A DNA stretch of 35,783 nucleotides. Origin: a virus. The notes beneath the pieces were generated by a model. That model searched no databases. It was not told the DNA's origin and was given only the letters and a program-made list of their open reading frames with translations. The stretch's first letter is position 1. Each line of letters begins with the position of its first letter. The position numbers and the translations under genes were made by a program. The stretch is from the UHGV virus genome UHGV-0117379. The stretch is one strand, 5' to 3'. Of the stretch, positions 1-8,684 are shown piece by piece.

Positions 1-49
1 ACAGTAGCAAGTATGTGTACATTTGTACATAAACCGGAAGAGGAAAATC

Positions 50-613
50 ATGGCCCGTAGACCAAACGATCCGCAGCGCCGCGAGCGCATCCTGCAGGCG
101 ACGCTGGATACCATCGCGGCGCATGGCGTCCATGCGGTAACGCACCGTAAAATCGCCACCTGCGCGAATGTGCCGCTGGGGTCACTGACCTACTATTTTA
201 GCGGCATTGAGGCGTTAATTGAGGAGGCGTTCAGCCTGTTTACTGCCGAGATGTCGGCGCACTACCAGCAAGGCTTCGTCGGGGTAACGAATCAGGAGCA
301 AGCCTGTGATGCCATTGCTGAGCTGATTTTCAGCGCCCAGGTGACCACGGCGCGTAATATGAAGCTGATGTACCAGCTGTATGCTTTTTGCAGCAGTCAG
401 CCGGCGCTGAAGGCGGTGATGCAAAACTGGATGCGGCGCAGCCAGCAGACGCTGGAGCAGTGGTTCGCCCCCGATACCGCCCGCGGTCTCGACGCCTTTA
501 TTGAAGGGATGACCTTGCACTTTGTCACCGACCGCGCGCCGCTGTCGAAGGCGGCAATCCGCATGATGGTCGGGCAGCTGGCGGGGGAGAGGGCGCAGGA
601 AGAGGGGCGCTGA
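50..613 (+). CDS. TetR/AcrR-family transcriptional regulator (host gene flanking the prophage; N-terminus reminiscent of the RcdA/YbjK group)
   Basis: ORF 23..613. The in-frame ATG at 50 follows a GGAAGAGG Shine-Dalgarno sequence. N-terminal TetR-type HTH ([27 protein letters not shown]...GSLTYYF). GC-rich composition contrasts with the AT-rich junction that follows. Confidence 0.8.
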   Translation: MARRPNDPQRRERILQATLDTIAAHGVHAVTHRKIATCANVPLGSLTYYFSGIEALIEEAFSLFTAEMSAHYQQGFVGVTNQEQACDAIAELIFSAQVTTARNMKLMYQLYAFCSSQPALKAVMQNWMRRSQQTLEQWFAPDTARGLDAFIEGMTLHFVTDRAPLSKAAIRMMVGQLAGERAQEEGR

Positions 614-735
614 AGCGGCGTTTCACCCGGAATGGCTAAACGCAGGCAACAAAAAACCCATTTATGTAAACGGGATAATGAAAACAATAAGTTAGATTAA
701 AAACAATAAGTTAGGTTGGTGGTCAGTGGTGGTTA
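614..735. other. Chromosome-prophage junction (attL region). Contains an A6-CCC..GGG imperfect palindrome (651..679) and two tandem 15-mers AAAACAATAAGTTAG (681..695, 700..714).
   Basis: Non-coding AT-rich gap between a host-type gene and the 3' end of the integrase gene. The palindrome resembles the style of the P2 att core as I remember it (A-run, CCC..GGG). Read on the minus strand it is a hairpin plus T-run, so it could terminate int. The exact core is not determinable from one junction. Confidence 0.4.
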
Positions 736-1788
736 TTACGGGGTAATGCCAACCGCTGCCGCCACTTTGTCGCCACTTGGCAGCGTTGCCAGAGGATTGA
801 AACGGAGCGCCGTTTCCAGATGATCCGGTGCCAGATGTGCGTAACGCATAGTCATTTTTATATCGTGGTGTCCGAGAATTTTTTGTAAGGCCAGAATGTT
901 TCCACCCGACATCATGAAGTGCGCCGCAAACGTATGGCGCAGAACGTGTGTGAGTTGACCGCGAGGGAGCACGATAGACGTTTTTTCCATCACGGATAAA
1001 AATTGAAAATAGCAGTCTGTGAAGAAATTGAACCCATCAAGCGCCATGATCTCTTCGTAAAGCTCTTTACTGATAGGGATGCTTCTGTTTTTCTTCCCCT
1101 TCGTTCTGACAAAGGTAATTCGGTATTTGGTCACCTGTGAGCGGGTAAGATTTACGGCTTCACGCCAGCGTGCGCCTGTGCTTAAGCATATCTTAACTAC
1201 CAGTGCCAGAATTGGGTCCTGACGTTTGCAATCAGCCAGCAATTCAACAATCTGCTCATGGGTAAGCCATGCCATCTCTTTTTCTGCGATGGTGAATTTT
1301 CGCATGTTCTCCAGTGGGTTCGGATACGACCATTCGCCCAGACGGGATAGTTCGCTAAAAACACTACTTAGATAGCTTTGCTCCAGGTTAATGGTGACCG
1401 GGCTTGCTCCTTTCTTCCATTTCTCGCTGAAGTAGATCTCGCCTGTCAGGCGTTTATCTCGATAGTGGGCAAACATTTTAGAGGTGAGATCGGTTGCAAG
1501 AGGATTGCCTAGAGCGTCAACCATCAGCAGCAATTTGTCATAGACATGCTGTCCAGCAGTCAGAGATTTACCATGTAGTTTGAACCATAGCTCAACCACG
1601 TCTTTCAGGGTTCGACGATCCACTGATTCGCCCAGCCAGGGCTTTGATTCGGTTTCTTCCATCGTGTGACGCTCAAAAGCCAGAGCTTCGCCTTTGGTGG
1701 CGAATTGTTTACGCACACGACGCCCACTTCGTCCGGCGGGGTAACATTCGCAAAGCCATTTCCCTGTGGTGAGTTTTCGTACTGCCAT
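736..1788 (-). CDS. int: Tyrosine recombinase / phage integrase (P2 Int family)
   Basis: ORF 736..1944. The likely start is the ATG at 1788 (MAVRKLTTGKW...), giving 350 aa. C-terminal catalytic motifs are present: ARWRE (Arg), HVLRHTFA (His-x-x-Arg) and GHHDIKMTMRYAHL (catalytic Tyr). Positioned at the prophage end and transcribed toward att, as in P2/186. Confidence 0.9.
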   Translation of the reverse strand: MAVRKLTTGKWLCECYPAGRSGRRVRKQFATKGEALAFERHTMEETESKPWLGESVDRRTLKDVVELWFKLHGKSLTAGQHVYDKLLLMVDALGNPLATDLTSKMFAHYRDKRLTGEIYFSEKWKKGASPVTINLEQSYLSSVFSELSRLGEWSYPNPLENMRKFTIAEKEMAWLTHEQIVELLADCKRQDPILALVVKICLSTGARWREAVNLTRSQVTKYRITFVRTKGKKNRSIPISKELYEEIMALDGFNFFTDCYFQFLSVMEKTSIVLPRGQLTHVLRHTFAAHFMMSGGNILALQKILGHHDIKMTMRYAHLAPDHLETALRFNPLATLPSGDKVAAAVGITP

Positions 1789-1976
1789 AAAAAATGCCCT
1801 CCAGTAGAGAGCATTTTTACTGTATGTATAACCAGTGTCAATGTATGAAATCCTACGACCATACATCTCACTGAAGCCATAATGAAGTTGGCTATTCTTT
1901 TTGCTATGTGAGCATGTAACTTTTGCGGTTAACCTGCGGCTCATTTTTATTTTAGACGCAGATATAAAAACAAAAG

Positions 1977-2168
1977 TTATCGTGAGTTTTTAGTACAGAT
2001 TTTTTTGGATTTACTAATAGTTCCATCATTGCAAACGAATTTGCCATCTGAGGTACAGTGAGAAACACCTCCCTTTTTCCCTGAGCAGGGATAATTTCTA
2101 GCATAGGTAGTTAGTGGGTTTAATAACAAAGAACATGACAAAACCACAAAAAATACCTTACCAAGCAT
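1977..2168 (-). CDS. Small exported Cys-rich protein (63 aa; signal peptide or possible lipoprotein signal); non-backbone gene between cI and int
   Basis: A strong GGAGG lies 7 nt upstream of the ATG at 2168. Hydrophobic N-terminus [23 protein letters not shown]. The mature part carries 4 Cys ([31 protein letters not shown]). AT-rich. Same strand as cI, starting 16 nt downstream of it. Confidence 0.65.
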   Translation of the reverse strand: MLGKVFFVVLSCSLLLNPLTTYARNYPCSGKKGGVSHCTSDGKFVCNDGTISKSKKICTKNSR

Positions 2169-2183
2169 AGTTTCCTCCCGGTA

Positions 2184-2840
2184 CTATTTAACATACTTGA
2201 CTGTTAAACTTATAATTTTACCAATTATTTCAATGTCTTCTATCTTGCATTCGAAGGCTCTGTTTCCACCCTCGACGAAGATTCTTCCACCGGGTAAACG
2301 AGTAATGTCACGGATCGTTATTTCGCCATCAATACTTATTACCCATTTACCATCACGTATATCATCAAATTCTTTATCACAAATAAATTCAGAATTGTTA
2401 TCTGTGATGACAAAAGGTTTTTTAAACGTAGAGGGTAGAAATCCCTTATCAAAAATATAAAAACCGTCTTTCTGCAATGCTCCATCAGACAATAAATATT
2501 TTTCTACTTCTATAGTATTTGTATTTGCTGATGCTTGCTTTGAACCATGCCCTGTTGTTAGCCAATTAAGCGAGGTGCCCGTTTCAAGGGCGCACTGGAT
2601 TACCCAATCTGCTGGAAAAATATCACGCATATAGCGCGTTGCCATGGTGCTCTTAGAAACACCTAAATGATCACAGAGAGCCTGACGAGTACCGAACCCA
2701 TATGCTTCAACTAAACGTTCTATGGCTTTCTTACCGCCGCTATTGAAATCCACAAGTCCTCCAAAGAAATCCAAAATTCGTTGACAGATTCCAAAAGCGA
2801 TCTTAAAGTTGAACCAGAAGTGTTCTTTTGGAGCCTTCAC
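2184..2840 (-). CDS. cI: 186-type CI immunity repressor (N-terminal HTH, C-terminal oligomerisation domain)
   Basis: Similar to remembered phage 186 CI (..AYGF...HCALETG..L.WLLTG.G; LSEGALKSDGFYI; TIRE/DLT.LPGG.I.V.GG...FEC). The ORF opens with GTG at 2840. A GTG at 2753, preceded by GGAGGA, would give 189 aa (186 CI is about 192 aa) and would leave room for pR, so the start is ambiguous. Confidence 0.8.
   Translation of the reverse strand: MKAPKEHFWFNFKIAFGICQRILDFFGGLVDFNSGGKKAIERLVEAYGFGTRQALCDHLGVSKSTMATRYMRDIFPADWVIQCALETGTSLNWLTTGHGSKQASANTNTIEVEKYLLSDGALQKDGFYIFDKGFLPSTFKKPFVITDNNSEFICDKEFDDIRDGKWVISIDGEITIRDITRLPGGRIFVEGGNRAFECKIEDIEIIGKIISLTVKYVK
2781..2809 (+). promoter_or_regulatory. 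Candidate early lytic promoter pR (TTGACA-17 nt-TAAAGT) driving the apl-cII-A operon
   Basis: TTGACA at 2781..2786, a 17-nt spacer, then TAAAGT at 2804..2809. Oriented toward the early operon that starts at 2899. Lies in the cI/apl switch region, as in 186. Confidence 0.5.
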
Positions 2841-2898
2841 TACTAATCACGACAAACAACGGCTCGCCACAAGCCATATCTAGAAGGAATGTTGCCTT

Positions 2899-3102
2899 AT
2901 GACACCTAACATTTCAATTACTCTGAATACACCACATGTCACAATCGAACGTTATAGCGAACTGACTGGCCTTTCTATTGATACGATTAACGACATGTTG
3001 GCTGATGGCCGACTACCTCGTCATCGTCTTCGTAAAGACAAAAAACGTGAAAAGGTAATGATTAACCTGGCTGCTCTGACTGTTGATGCTTTGTCTGCTT
3101 AA
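2899..3102 (+). CDS. Apl/Cox-like small HTH excisionase / switch regulator (67 aa)
   Basis: First gene of the rightward early operon, divergent from cI. The helix-turn-helix-like segment ([24 protein letters not shown]) is typical of MerR/excisionase-type HTH proteins. The assignment rests mainly on position. Confidence 0.6.
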   Translation: MTPNISITLNTPHVTIERYSELTGLSIDTINDMLADGRLPRHRLRKDKKREKVMINLAALTVDALSA

Positions 3103-3166
3103 TAGACGTCTATTTTCGCAATAAGACGCTGAGTTCGATTTTGCGATAAGTTCGGAGTTGAAAACC

Positions 3167-3676
3167 ATGTTTGATTACCAAGTTTCCAAACATCCACATT
3201 TTGATGAAGCCTGTCGTGCATTCGCACTGCGCCACAATCTGGTGCAACTGGCAGAACGTGCGGGCATGAATGTGCAGATTCTGCGGAACAAGCTGAACCC
3301 AGCTCAACCTCATTTATTAACCGCACCAGAAATCTGGCTGCTTACCGATCTGACTGAAGATTCAACGTTGGTAGATGGTTTTCTGGCACAGATTCATTGT
3401 CTGCCATGTGTACCGATTAATGAGGTAGCAAAAGAGAAACTGCCACATTACGTCATGAGTGCAACCGCAGAGATCGGGCGTGTTGCTGCAGGTGCGGTAT
3501 CTGGCGATGTAAAAACCAGTGCAGGTCGTCGTGATGCTATCAGCAGCATTAACTCTGTAACACGACTGATGGCGCTGGCGGCTGTTTCATTGCAGGCCCG
3601 TTTACAGGCTAATCCTGCGATGGCGAGTGCAGTTGATACCGTGACTGGCCTCGGTGCTTCATTCGGTTTGCTGTGA
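3167..3676 (+). CDS. cII: 186-type CII lysogeny-establishment activator
   Basis: Near-colinear with remembered 186 CII ([21 protein letters not shown]...[20 protein letters not shown]...[28 protein letters not shown]...GASFGL). ATG at 3167, 9 nt after GGAG. Confidence 0.85.
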   Translation: MFDYQVSKHPHFDEACRAFALRHNLVQLAERAGMNVQILRNKLNPAQPHLLTAPEIWLLTDLTEDSTLVDGFLAQIHCLPCVPINEVAKEKLPHYVMSATAEIGRVAAGAVSGDVKTSAGRRDAISSINSVTRLMALAAVSLQARLQANPAMASAVDTVTGLGASFGLL

Positions 3677-3683
3677 GGTGCTT

Positions 3684-3980
3684 ATGCTGACGAAAGAACC
3701 ATCATTTGCATCGCTGCTGGTAAAACAAAGCCCGGCAATGCACTACGGTCACGGCTGGATCATGGGTGAGGATGGTAAACGCTGGCATCCGTGCCGTTCA
3801 CAAGATGAATTGCTGTCTGAATTGACCACGGGGAAACGGAGAAAGTCAAAATGTATGCAGCGGAAAGTGAAGTGGTTTATCAGTTTCGTTACAGAGGGGA
3901 GAGTTATTCAGTACCTGAAGATGATTTGCTCTGTTGTTATCCGTCGTTGTCGGGCGATGGCAGTTACTTTTTCACGCTAA
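3684..3980 (+). CDS. Hypothetical early protein (98 aa as drawn); its 3' third overlaps the next ORF out of frame
   Basis: ATG at 3684 follows GAGGTG. The N-terminal two-thirds look protein-like (MLTKEPSFASLLVKQSPAMHYGHGWIMGEDGKRWHPCRSQDELL). The tail after about 3850 is R/C-rich and overlaps ORF 3851..4075. Confidence 0.45.
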   Translation: MLTKEPSFASLLVKQSPAMHYGHGWIMGEDGKRWHPCRSQDELLSELTTGKRRKSKCMQRKVKWFISFVTEGRVIQYLKMICSVVIRRCRAMAVTFSR

Positions 3981-4075
3981 AGGATGGGACGTTTTTACGG
4001 GGAGAGCAGGTTAAAGAGACGATACGAAAAAATGTATCTCCTCTTGAACGTTACCGTAAGAGCAAAGAACGATAG
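3851..4075 (+). CDS. Hypothetical early protein (74 aa)
   Basis: ATG at 3851 preceded by GGAGAAAG. Plausible globular composition. Located in the early operon. Confidence 0.55.
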   Translation: MYAAESEVVYQFRYRGESYSVPEDDLLCCYPSLSGDGSYFFTLKDGTFLRGEQVKETIRKNVSPLERYRKSKER

Positions 4076-4097
4076 TTGCGTTTTGGGGATATGAATT

Positions 4098-4439
4098 ATG
4101 GCAATTAATGGCGCTGCGGCGACTGTTCCATTAAGCCCCGGTGAACGCCTGAATGGACTTAATCACATTGCGGAGTTAAGGGCGAAAGTTTTTGGCCTGA
4201 ATATTGAGTCAGAGCTTGAGCGGTTTATTAAAGATATGCGTGATCCACGGGATATCAATAGCGAACAAAATAAACGGGCACTGGCTGCCATATTCTTTAT
4301 GGCAAAAATTCCAGCTGAACGTCATAGCATCAGCATTAATGAGCTGACCACTGACGAAAAGCGGGAGTTGATTAAAGCAATGAATCATTTTCGTGCAGTG
4401 GTGAGCTTATTTCCCAGACGGCTAACCATGCCGAATTAA
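4098..4439 (+). CDS. Hypothetical early protein (113 aa)
   Basis: Clean ORF in the early operon with the same strand and composition as its neighbours. No motif recognised. Confidence 0.6.
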   Translation: MAINGAAATVPLSPGERLNGLNHIAELRAKVFGLNIESELERFIKDMRDPRDINSEQNKRALAAIFFMAKIPAERHSISINELTTDEKRELIKAMNHFRAVVSLFPRRLTMPN

Positions 4440-4506
4440 CCAGCTAATGAAATTAATGGCGTAAACCCGCCGGGCATCCCTTTATCTAAATTCAGGAGAA
4501 TTGATT

Positions 4507-4740
4507 ATGCGTAATATTGAAACCCTCACGACTAAAACCGGACCGGATGACGCAGGGCTTAATATTTTACTGACAGAGGCTCGTCTGGAAGAACGCCGGG
4601 CAAGGGCTGAAGCAATGGCTGCCCGCCTTGATAGTCTTGCGTGTCATATCACATCCCGCCAGCTAAACCACGTCGAAGCGGCAGAACTGCTGCGTGTGAC
4701 CGCTGAAGCAATCCAGAACGAAGCGCAGGAGATCCACTAA
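4507..4740 (+). CDS. Hypothetical small early protein (77 aa; coiled-coil/Ala-Arg-rich, like the DUF2732-type ORFs of P2-like phages)
   Basis: ATG at 4507 follows CAGGAGAA. Its stop overlaps the start of the next gene (TAATG at 4738..4742). Confidence 0.6.
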   Translation: MRNIETLTTKTGPDDAGLNILLTEARLEERRARAEAMAARLDSLACHITSRQLNHVEAAELLRVTAEAIQNEAQEIH

Positions 4741-4967
4741 TGGCTGATGCAATGGATCTCGTACAGCAGCGCGTTGAAGAAGAACGCCAGCGCCATATCC
4801 GTGCTGCCCGTGCCAAAACACCGGGCGTGTCTCGCGTGCTTTGCATTGAATGTGAAGCGCCAATTCCGCCAGCACGCCGCCGCGCCATTCCAGGAGTGCA
4901 GCTTTGCATTACCTGTCAGGAAATCGCAGAGCTGAAAGGCAAACATTACAACGGAGGTGCTGTATGA
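4740..4967 (+). CDS. TraR/DksA-family C4 zinc-finger protein (P2 orf82-like)
   Basis: CxxC...CxxC motif ([26 protein letters not shown]) with the spacing typical of the TraR/DksA zinc finger. Position in the early operon matches P2/186 relatives. Confidence 0.8.
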   Translation: MADAMDLVQQRVEEERQRHIRAARAKTPGVSRVLCIECEAPIPPARRRAIPGVQLCITCQEIAELKGKHYNGGAV

Positions 4968-5266
4968 CAGGGGCTGTGCGTATCCATCAATTAAAAATTG
5001 CACCTAAGTATTTCAACGCTGTGGTTGCAGGTCAAAAGACGGCTGAACTTCGTAAAGACGATCGTGGCTATAAAGTTGGTGATGTTCTTTCTCTTTGCGA
5101 ATGGAAGCATGGCGTATTTACGGGTAGGGAATGGGCCGCGGTTATCTCTCATGTGCTTCCGGTTAATGACGTCATGGCAGTTTCAGAACAATGGGTGATG
5201 CTATCAATTCGCTCATTAACCCCATTAGAAGCTTTAGGATATGTTATTGCAGGAGGTGCTGTATGA
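4964..5266 (+). CDS. ASCH/DUF3850-like small protein (100 aa)
   Basis: ATGA overlap with the upstream stop. The N-terminus ([33 protein letters not shown]) matches the PUA-like ASCH/DUF3850 pattern (K..P.yF..v..G.KtfE.RkndR.f.vGD). Confidence 0.65.
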   Translation: MTGAVRIHQLKIAPKYFNAVVAGQKTAELRKDDRGYKVGDVLSLCEWKHGVFTGREWAAVISHVLPVNDVMAVSEQWVMLSIRSLTPLEALGYVIAGGAV

Positions 5267-6120
5267 GCACCATCCTGAAATGGGCGGGTAATAAAACCAC
5301 CATTATGTCCGAACTGAAAAAATACCTTCCTGCTGGCACGCGACTGGTTGAACCTTTCGCGGGTTCTTGTGCTGTGATGATGGAGACGGATTACCCCAGC
5401 TATCTGGTTGCGGATATTAATCCTGATTTAATCAACCTCTATAAAAAGGTTGCTGCTGATTGTGAGGCGTTTATATCTCGTGCCAGAGCTTTATTTGAGG
5501 AAGCAAACAGAGAGGTGGCTTATTACAACATAAGGCAGGAGTTTAATTACTCCACTGAAATTACTGATTTCATGAAAGCGGTATATTTTCTGTATCTCAA
5601 TCGTCATGGTTACCGTGGGCTATGTCGCTATAACAAGAGCGGGTATTTCAACATTCCCTACGGTAATTATAAAAATCCGTATTTCCCTGAAAAAGAAATT
5701 CGCGCATTTGCAGAGAAAGCCCAGCGGGCAACGTTTATCTGCGCCAGCTTTGATGAAACGCTGGCGATGTTGAAGGCGGGGGATGTGGTGTATTGCGATC
5801 CGCCTTATGACGGTACGTTTTCCGGCTATCACACTGATGGCTTCACTGAAGATGACCAGTATCACCTGGCATCCGTTCTTGAACATCGATCATCTGAAGG
5901 TCATCCGGTCATTGTTTCTAACAGTGACACATCCCTGATCCGTTCGCTGTATCGCAATTTTACTCACCACTACATCAAGGCAAAACGCAGCATCGGCGTG
6001 GCAGCTGGTGAGAGTAAATCTGCAACAGAAATCATCGCTGTTTCCGGGCCGCGCTGCTGGGTAGGATTTGATCCTTCGCGTGGCGTGGATTGTTCCGTCG
6101 TGTACGGAGTGCGTGCATGA
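5263..6120 (+). CDS. dam: Dam-type N6-adenine DNA methyltransferase (D12 class)
   Basis: N-terminal LKWAGNK...EPFAGS (SAdoMet binding) and the catalytic DPPY motif ([10 protein letters not shown]). ATGA overlap with the upstream gene. Confidence 0.9.
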   Translation: MSTILKWAGNKTTIMSELKKYLPAGTRLVEPFAGSCAVMMETDYPSYLVADINPDLINLYKKVAADCEAFISRARALFEEANREVAYYNIRQEFNYSTEITDFMKAVYFLYLNRHGYRGLCRYNKSGYFNIPYGNYKNPYFPEKEIRAFAEKAQRATFICASFDETLAMLKAGDVVYCDPPYDGTFSGYHTDGFTEDDQYHLASVLEHRSSEGHPVIVSNSDTSLIRSLYRNFTHHYIKAKRSIGVAAGESKSATEIIAVSGPRCWVGFDPSRGVDCSVVYGVRA

Positions 6121-8531
6121 GCCATGCTGATATGAACAACTGCAGCGGCTTTAACGAGGTCGCCGCAGCATTCTCATGGAACAGCCCGAAAAAGGCCATT
6201 AACCCTTATCTGGACCCGGCGGAAGTTGCGCCGGTTTCTGCGCTTTCAAACCTGATCACTCTGTACGCTGCCGATAACGAGCAGGAACAACTGCGCCGCG
6301 AGGCACTGAGTGATCAGGTCTGGGAGCGTTATTTCTTTAATGAATCCCGTGATCCTGTCCAACGCGAAATGGAGCAGGATAAGCTAATTAGCCGGGCAAA
6401 GCTGGCGCATGAGCAGCAGCGTTTTAATCCAGACATGGCCATTCTGGCGGACGTCAACGCCCAGCCTTCCCATATCAGCAAGCCGCTGATGCAACGTATT
6501 AAATACTTCAGCAGCCTGGGCAGGCCAAAGGCTTATTCCCGCTATTTGCGTGAGACGATTAAGCCATGCCTGGAACGACTGGAGCATGTACGCGACAGTC
6601 AGCTATCCACTTCTTTTCGCTTTATGGCAAGCCATGAAGGGCTGGACGGCCTGCTGATCCTGCCTGAAATGAGTCAGGATCAGGTGAAACGCCTGTCCAC
6701 CTTGGTAGCTGCGCATATGAGCATGTGCCTTGATACAGCTTGTGGCGATTTGTATGCCACCGATGATGTTACGCCAGAAGAAATCCGCAAGACATGGGAA
6801 AAGGTGGCAGCGGAAACCCTGCGTCTGGATGTTATCCCGCCTGCGTTTGAGCAACTCCGTCGGAAAAGAAACCGCCGTAAACCCGTGCCTTATGAACTCA
6901 TTCCTGGTTCGCTGGCGCGTATGTTATGCGCCGACTGGTGGTATCGGAAATTATGGAAGATGCGTTGCGAATGGCGGGAAGAGCAGTTGCGTGCTGTTTG
7001 CCTGGTCAGCAAAAAAGCATCTCCCTATGTCAGCTATGAAGCCGTGATGCATAAACGTGAGCAGCGCCGTAAGTCGCTGGAGTTTTTCCGTTCTCATGAA
7101 CTGGTGAACGAAGACGGCGACACGCTGGATATGGAAGACGTGGTAAACGCCAGCAGCAGCAACCCTGCGCATCGCCGCAATGAGATGATGGCCTGTGTTA
7201 AAGGTCTGGAGCTTATCGCGGAAATGCGCGGTGACTGCGCCGTTTTCTACACCATCACCTGTCCGTCACGTTTCCATTCCACGCTAAATAACGGCAGGCC
7301 CAACCCGACCTGGACAAATGCGACGGTAAGACAAAGCAGTGATTATCTGGTCGGTATGTTTGCTGCATTTCGTAAGGCGATGCACAAAGCCGGATTACGC
7401 TGGTATGGCGTGCGGGTGGCTGAGCCGCATCATGACGGTACAGTTCACTGGCACCTGTTGTGTTTTATGCGCAAAAAAGATCGCCGCGCCATTACTGCTT
7501 TGTTGCGTAAGTTTGCCATTCGTGAAGACCGCGAGGAGCTGGGTAATAACACGGAACCACGCTTTAAGTCTGAGCTGATAAACCCGCGCAAAGGTACGCC
7601 AACAAGCTACATCGCGAAATACATCAGTAAGAACATTGACGGGCGTGGTCTGGCTGGCGAGATCAGCAAGGAAACGGGTAAATCCCTGCGTGATAACGCC
7701 GAATACGTTAATGCCTGGGCGTCTCTGCATCGTGTTCAGCAATTCCGCTTCTTTGGCATTCCGGGGCGTCAGGCTTACCGTGAACTGCGATTGCTGGCTG
7801 GTCAGGCGGCAAGGCAACAGGGGGACAAAAAAGCAGGTGCGCCGGTACTGGATAACCCGCGCCTTGATGCCATCCTGGCTGCCGCTGATGCTGGCTGTTT
7901 TGCCACCTACATCATGAAGCAGGGCGGCGTACTGGTTCCCCGCAAATATCACCTCATCAGAACCGCTTATGAAATCAACGAAGAGCCGACCGCCTATGGC
8001 GATCACGGTATTCGTATTTATGGCATCTGGTCACCCATTGCAGAGGGCAAGATCTGCACTCATGCGGTGAAGTGGAAAATGGTTCGTAAGGCCGTTGACA
8101 TTCAGGAGGCGGCAGCCGACCAGGGCGCTTGCGCCCCTTGGACTCGTGGCAATAACTGTCCCCTTGCTGAAAATTTGAACCAACAAGGGAAAGACAAATC
8201 AGCTGATGGGGATACCAGAACGGAGATCACCCGCATGGATGACAAGGAGTTGCACGATTACCTGCACAGTATGAGCAAAAAAGAGCGCCGGGAACTGGCA
8301 GCAAGGTTACGCCTGGTGAAACCGAAATGGCGTAAAGACTACAAACAGCGAATTACAGAGCATCAGCGTCAGCAGCTCGTCTATGAACTGAAGTCCAGAG
8401 GATTTGATGGCAGCGAGAAAGAGGTCGATCTGCTCCTTCGCGGTGGCAGTATTCCGTCAGGAGCAGGCCTGCGTATCTTCTATCGGAACCAGCGTTTGCA
8501 GGAAGATGATAAGTGGCGGAACCTGTATTAA
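6117..8531 (+). CDS. A: Replication initiation endonuclease gpA (rolling-circle HUH nickase)
   Basis: 804 aa. HUH-type motif [13 protein letters not shown] and tyrosine motif [10 protein letters not shown], as in P2/186 gpA. ATGA overlap with dam. Confidence 0.9.
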   Translation: MSHADMNNCSGFNEVAAAFSWNSPKKAINPYLDPAEVAPVSALSNLITLYAADNEQEQLRREALSDQVWERYFFNESRDPVQREMEQDKLISRAKLAHEQQRFNPDMAILADVNAQPSHISKPLMQRIKYFSSLGRPKAYSRYLRETIKPCLERLEHVRDSQLSTSFRFMASHEGLDGLLILPEMSQDQVKRLSTLVAAHMSMCLDTACGDLYATDDVTPEEIRKTWEKVAAETLRLDVIPPAFEQLRRKRNRRKPVPYELIPGSLARMLCADWWYRKLWKMRCEWREEQLRAVCLVSKKASPYVSYEAVMHKREQRRKSLEFFRSHELVNEDGDTLDMEDVVNASSSNPAHRRNEMMACVKGLELIAEMRGDCAVFYTITCPSRFHSTLNNGRPNPTWTNATVRQSSDYLVGMFAAFRKAMHKAGLRWYGVRVAEPHHDGTVHWHLLCFMRKKDRRAITALLRKFAIREDREELGNNTEPRFKSELINPRKGTPTSYIAKYISKNIDGRGLAGEISKETGKSLRDNAEYVNAWASLHRVQQFRFFGIPGRQAYRELRLLAGQAARQQGDKKAGAPVLDNPRLDAILAAADAGCFATYIMKQGGVLVPRKYHLIRTAYEINEEPTAYGDHGIRIYGIWSPIAEGKICTHAVKWKMVRKAVDIQEAAADQGACAPWTRGNNCPLAENLNQQGKDKSADGDTRTEITRMDDKELHDYLHSMSKKERRELAARLRLVKPKWRKDYKQRITEHQRQQLVYELKSRGFDGSEKEVDLLLRGGSIPSGAGLRIFYRNQRLQEDDKWRNLY

Positions 8532-8623
8532 TTACGCGGGTTAACAATTCGTGCTCTTAATAATACCAGGCATATCAGGCTGATGAACGTAAAAAAACGT
8601 TTTACATCAGTAAGATTATTATA

Positions 8624-8643
8624 TACTGTAAATATAAACAGTG
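8624..8643. promoter_or_regulatory. LexA (SOS) box TACTGTAAATATAAACAGTG
   Basis: Matches the CTG-N10-CAG consensus, with TACTG/CAGT flanks and an AT-rich centre. Lies 42 nt upstream of the ATG at 8685, analogous to the LexA-controlled p95/tum promoter of phage 186. Confidence 0.75.
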
Positions 8644-8684
8644 GCTATACATACAGTGTTGCGTGTGGTGTCATAGGAGGAAAG

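Noticed and set aside
681-714. Tandem 15-mers AAAACAATAAGTTAG considered as a possible mini CRISPR or other repeat array
   Set aside because: There are only two copies, with a 4-nt spacer, directly beside the integrase gene. This fits arm-type or IHF-like recombination sites better than any array.
1789-1944. 52-codon N-terminal extension of the integrase ORF
   Set aside because: The P2-family Int N-terminus (MAVRKLTTGKW...) begins at the ATG at 1788. The extension is AT-rich with no similarity and would make Int atypically long.
7395-8006. 203-aa minus-strand ORF inside replication gene A (and other small ORFs at 6384..7578)
   Set aside because: It is antisense to gpA, whose HUH and Tyr motifs confirm the plus-strand frame.
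8583-8684. Upstream extension of the Tum-position ORF (track start 8583)
   Set aside because: The extension would be translated through the promoter and LexA box. The ATG at 8685 has an AGGAGG SD.
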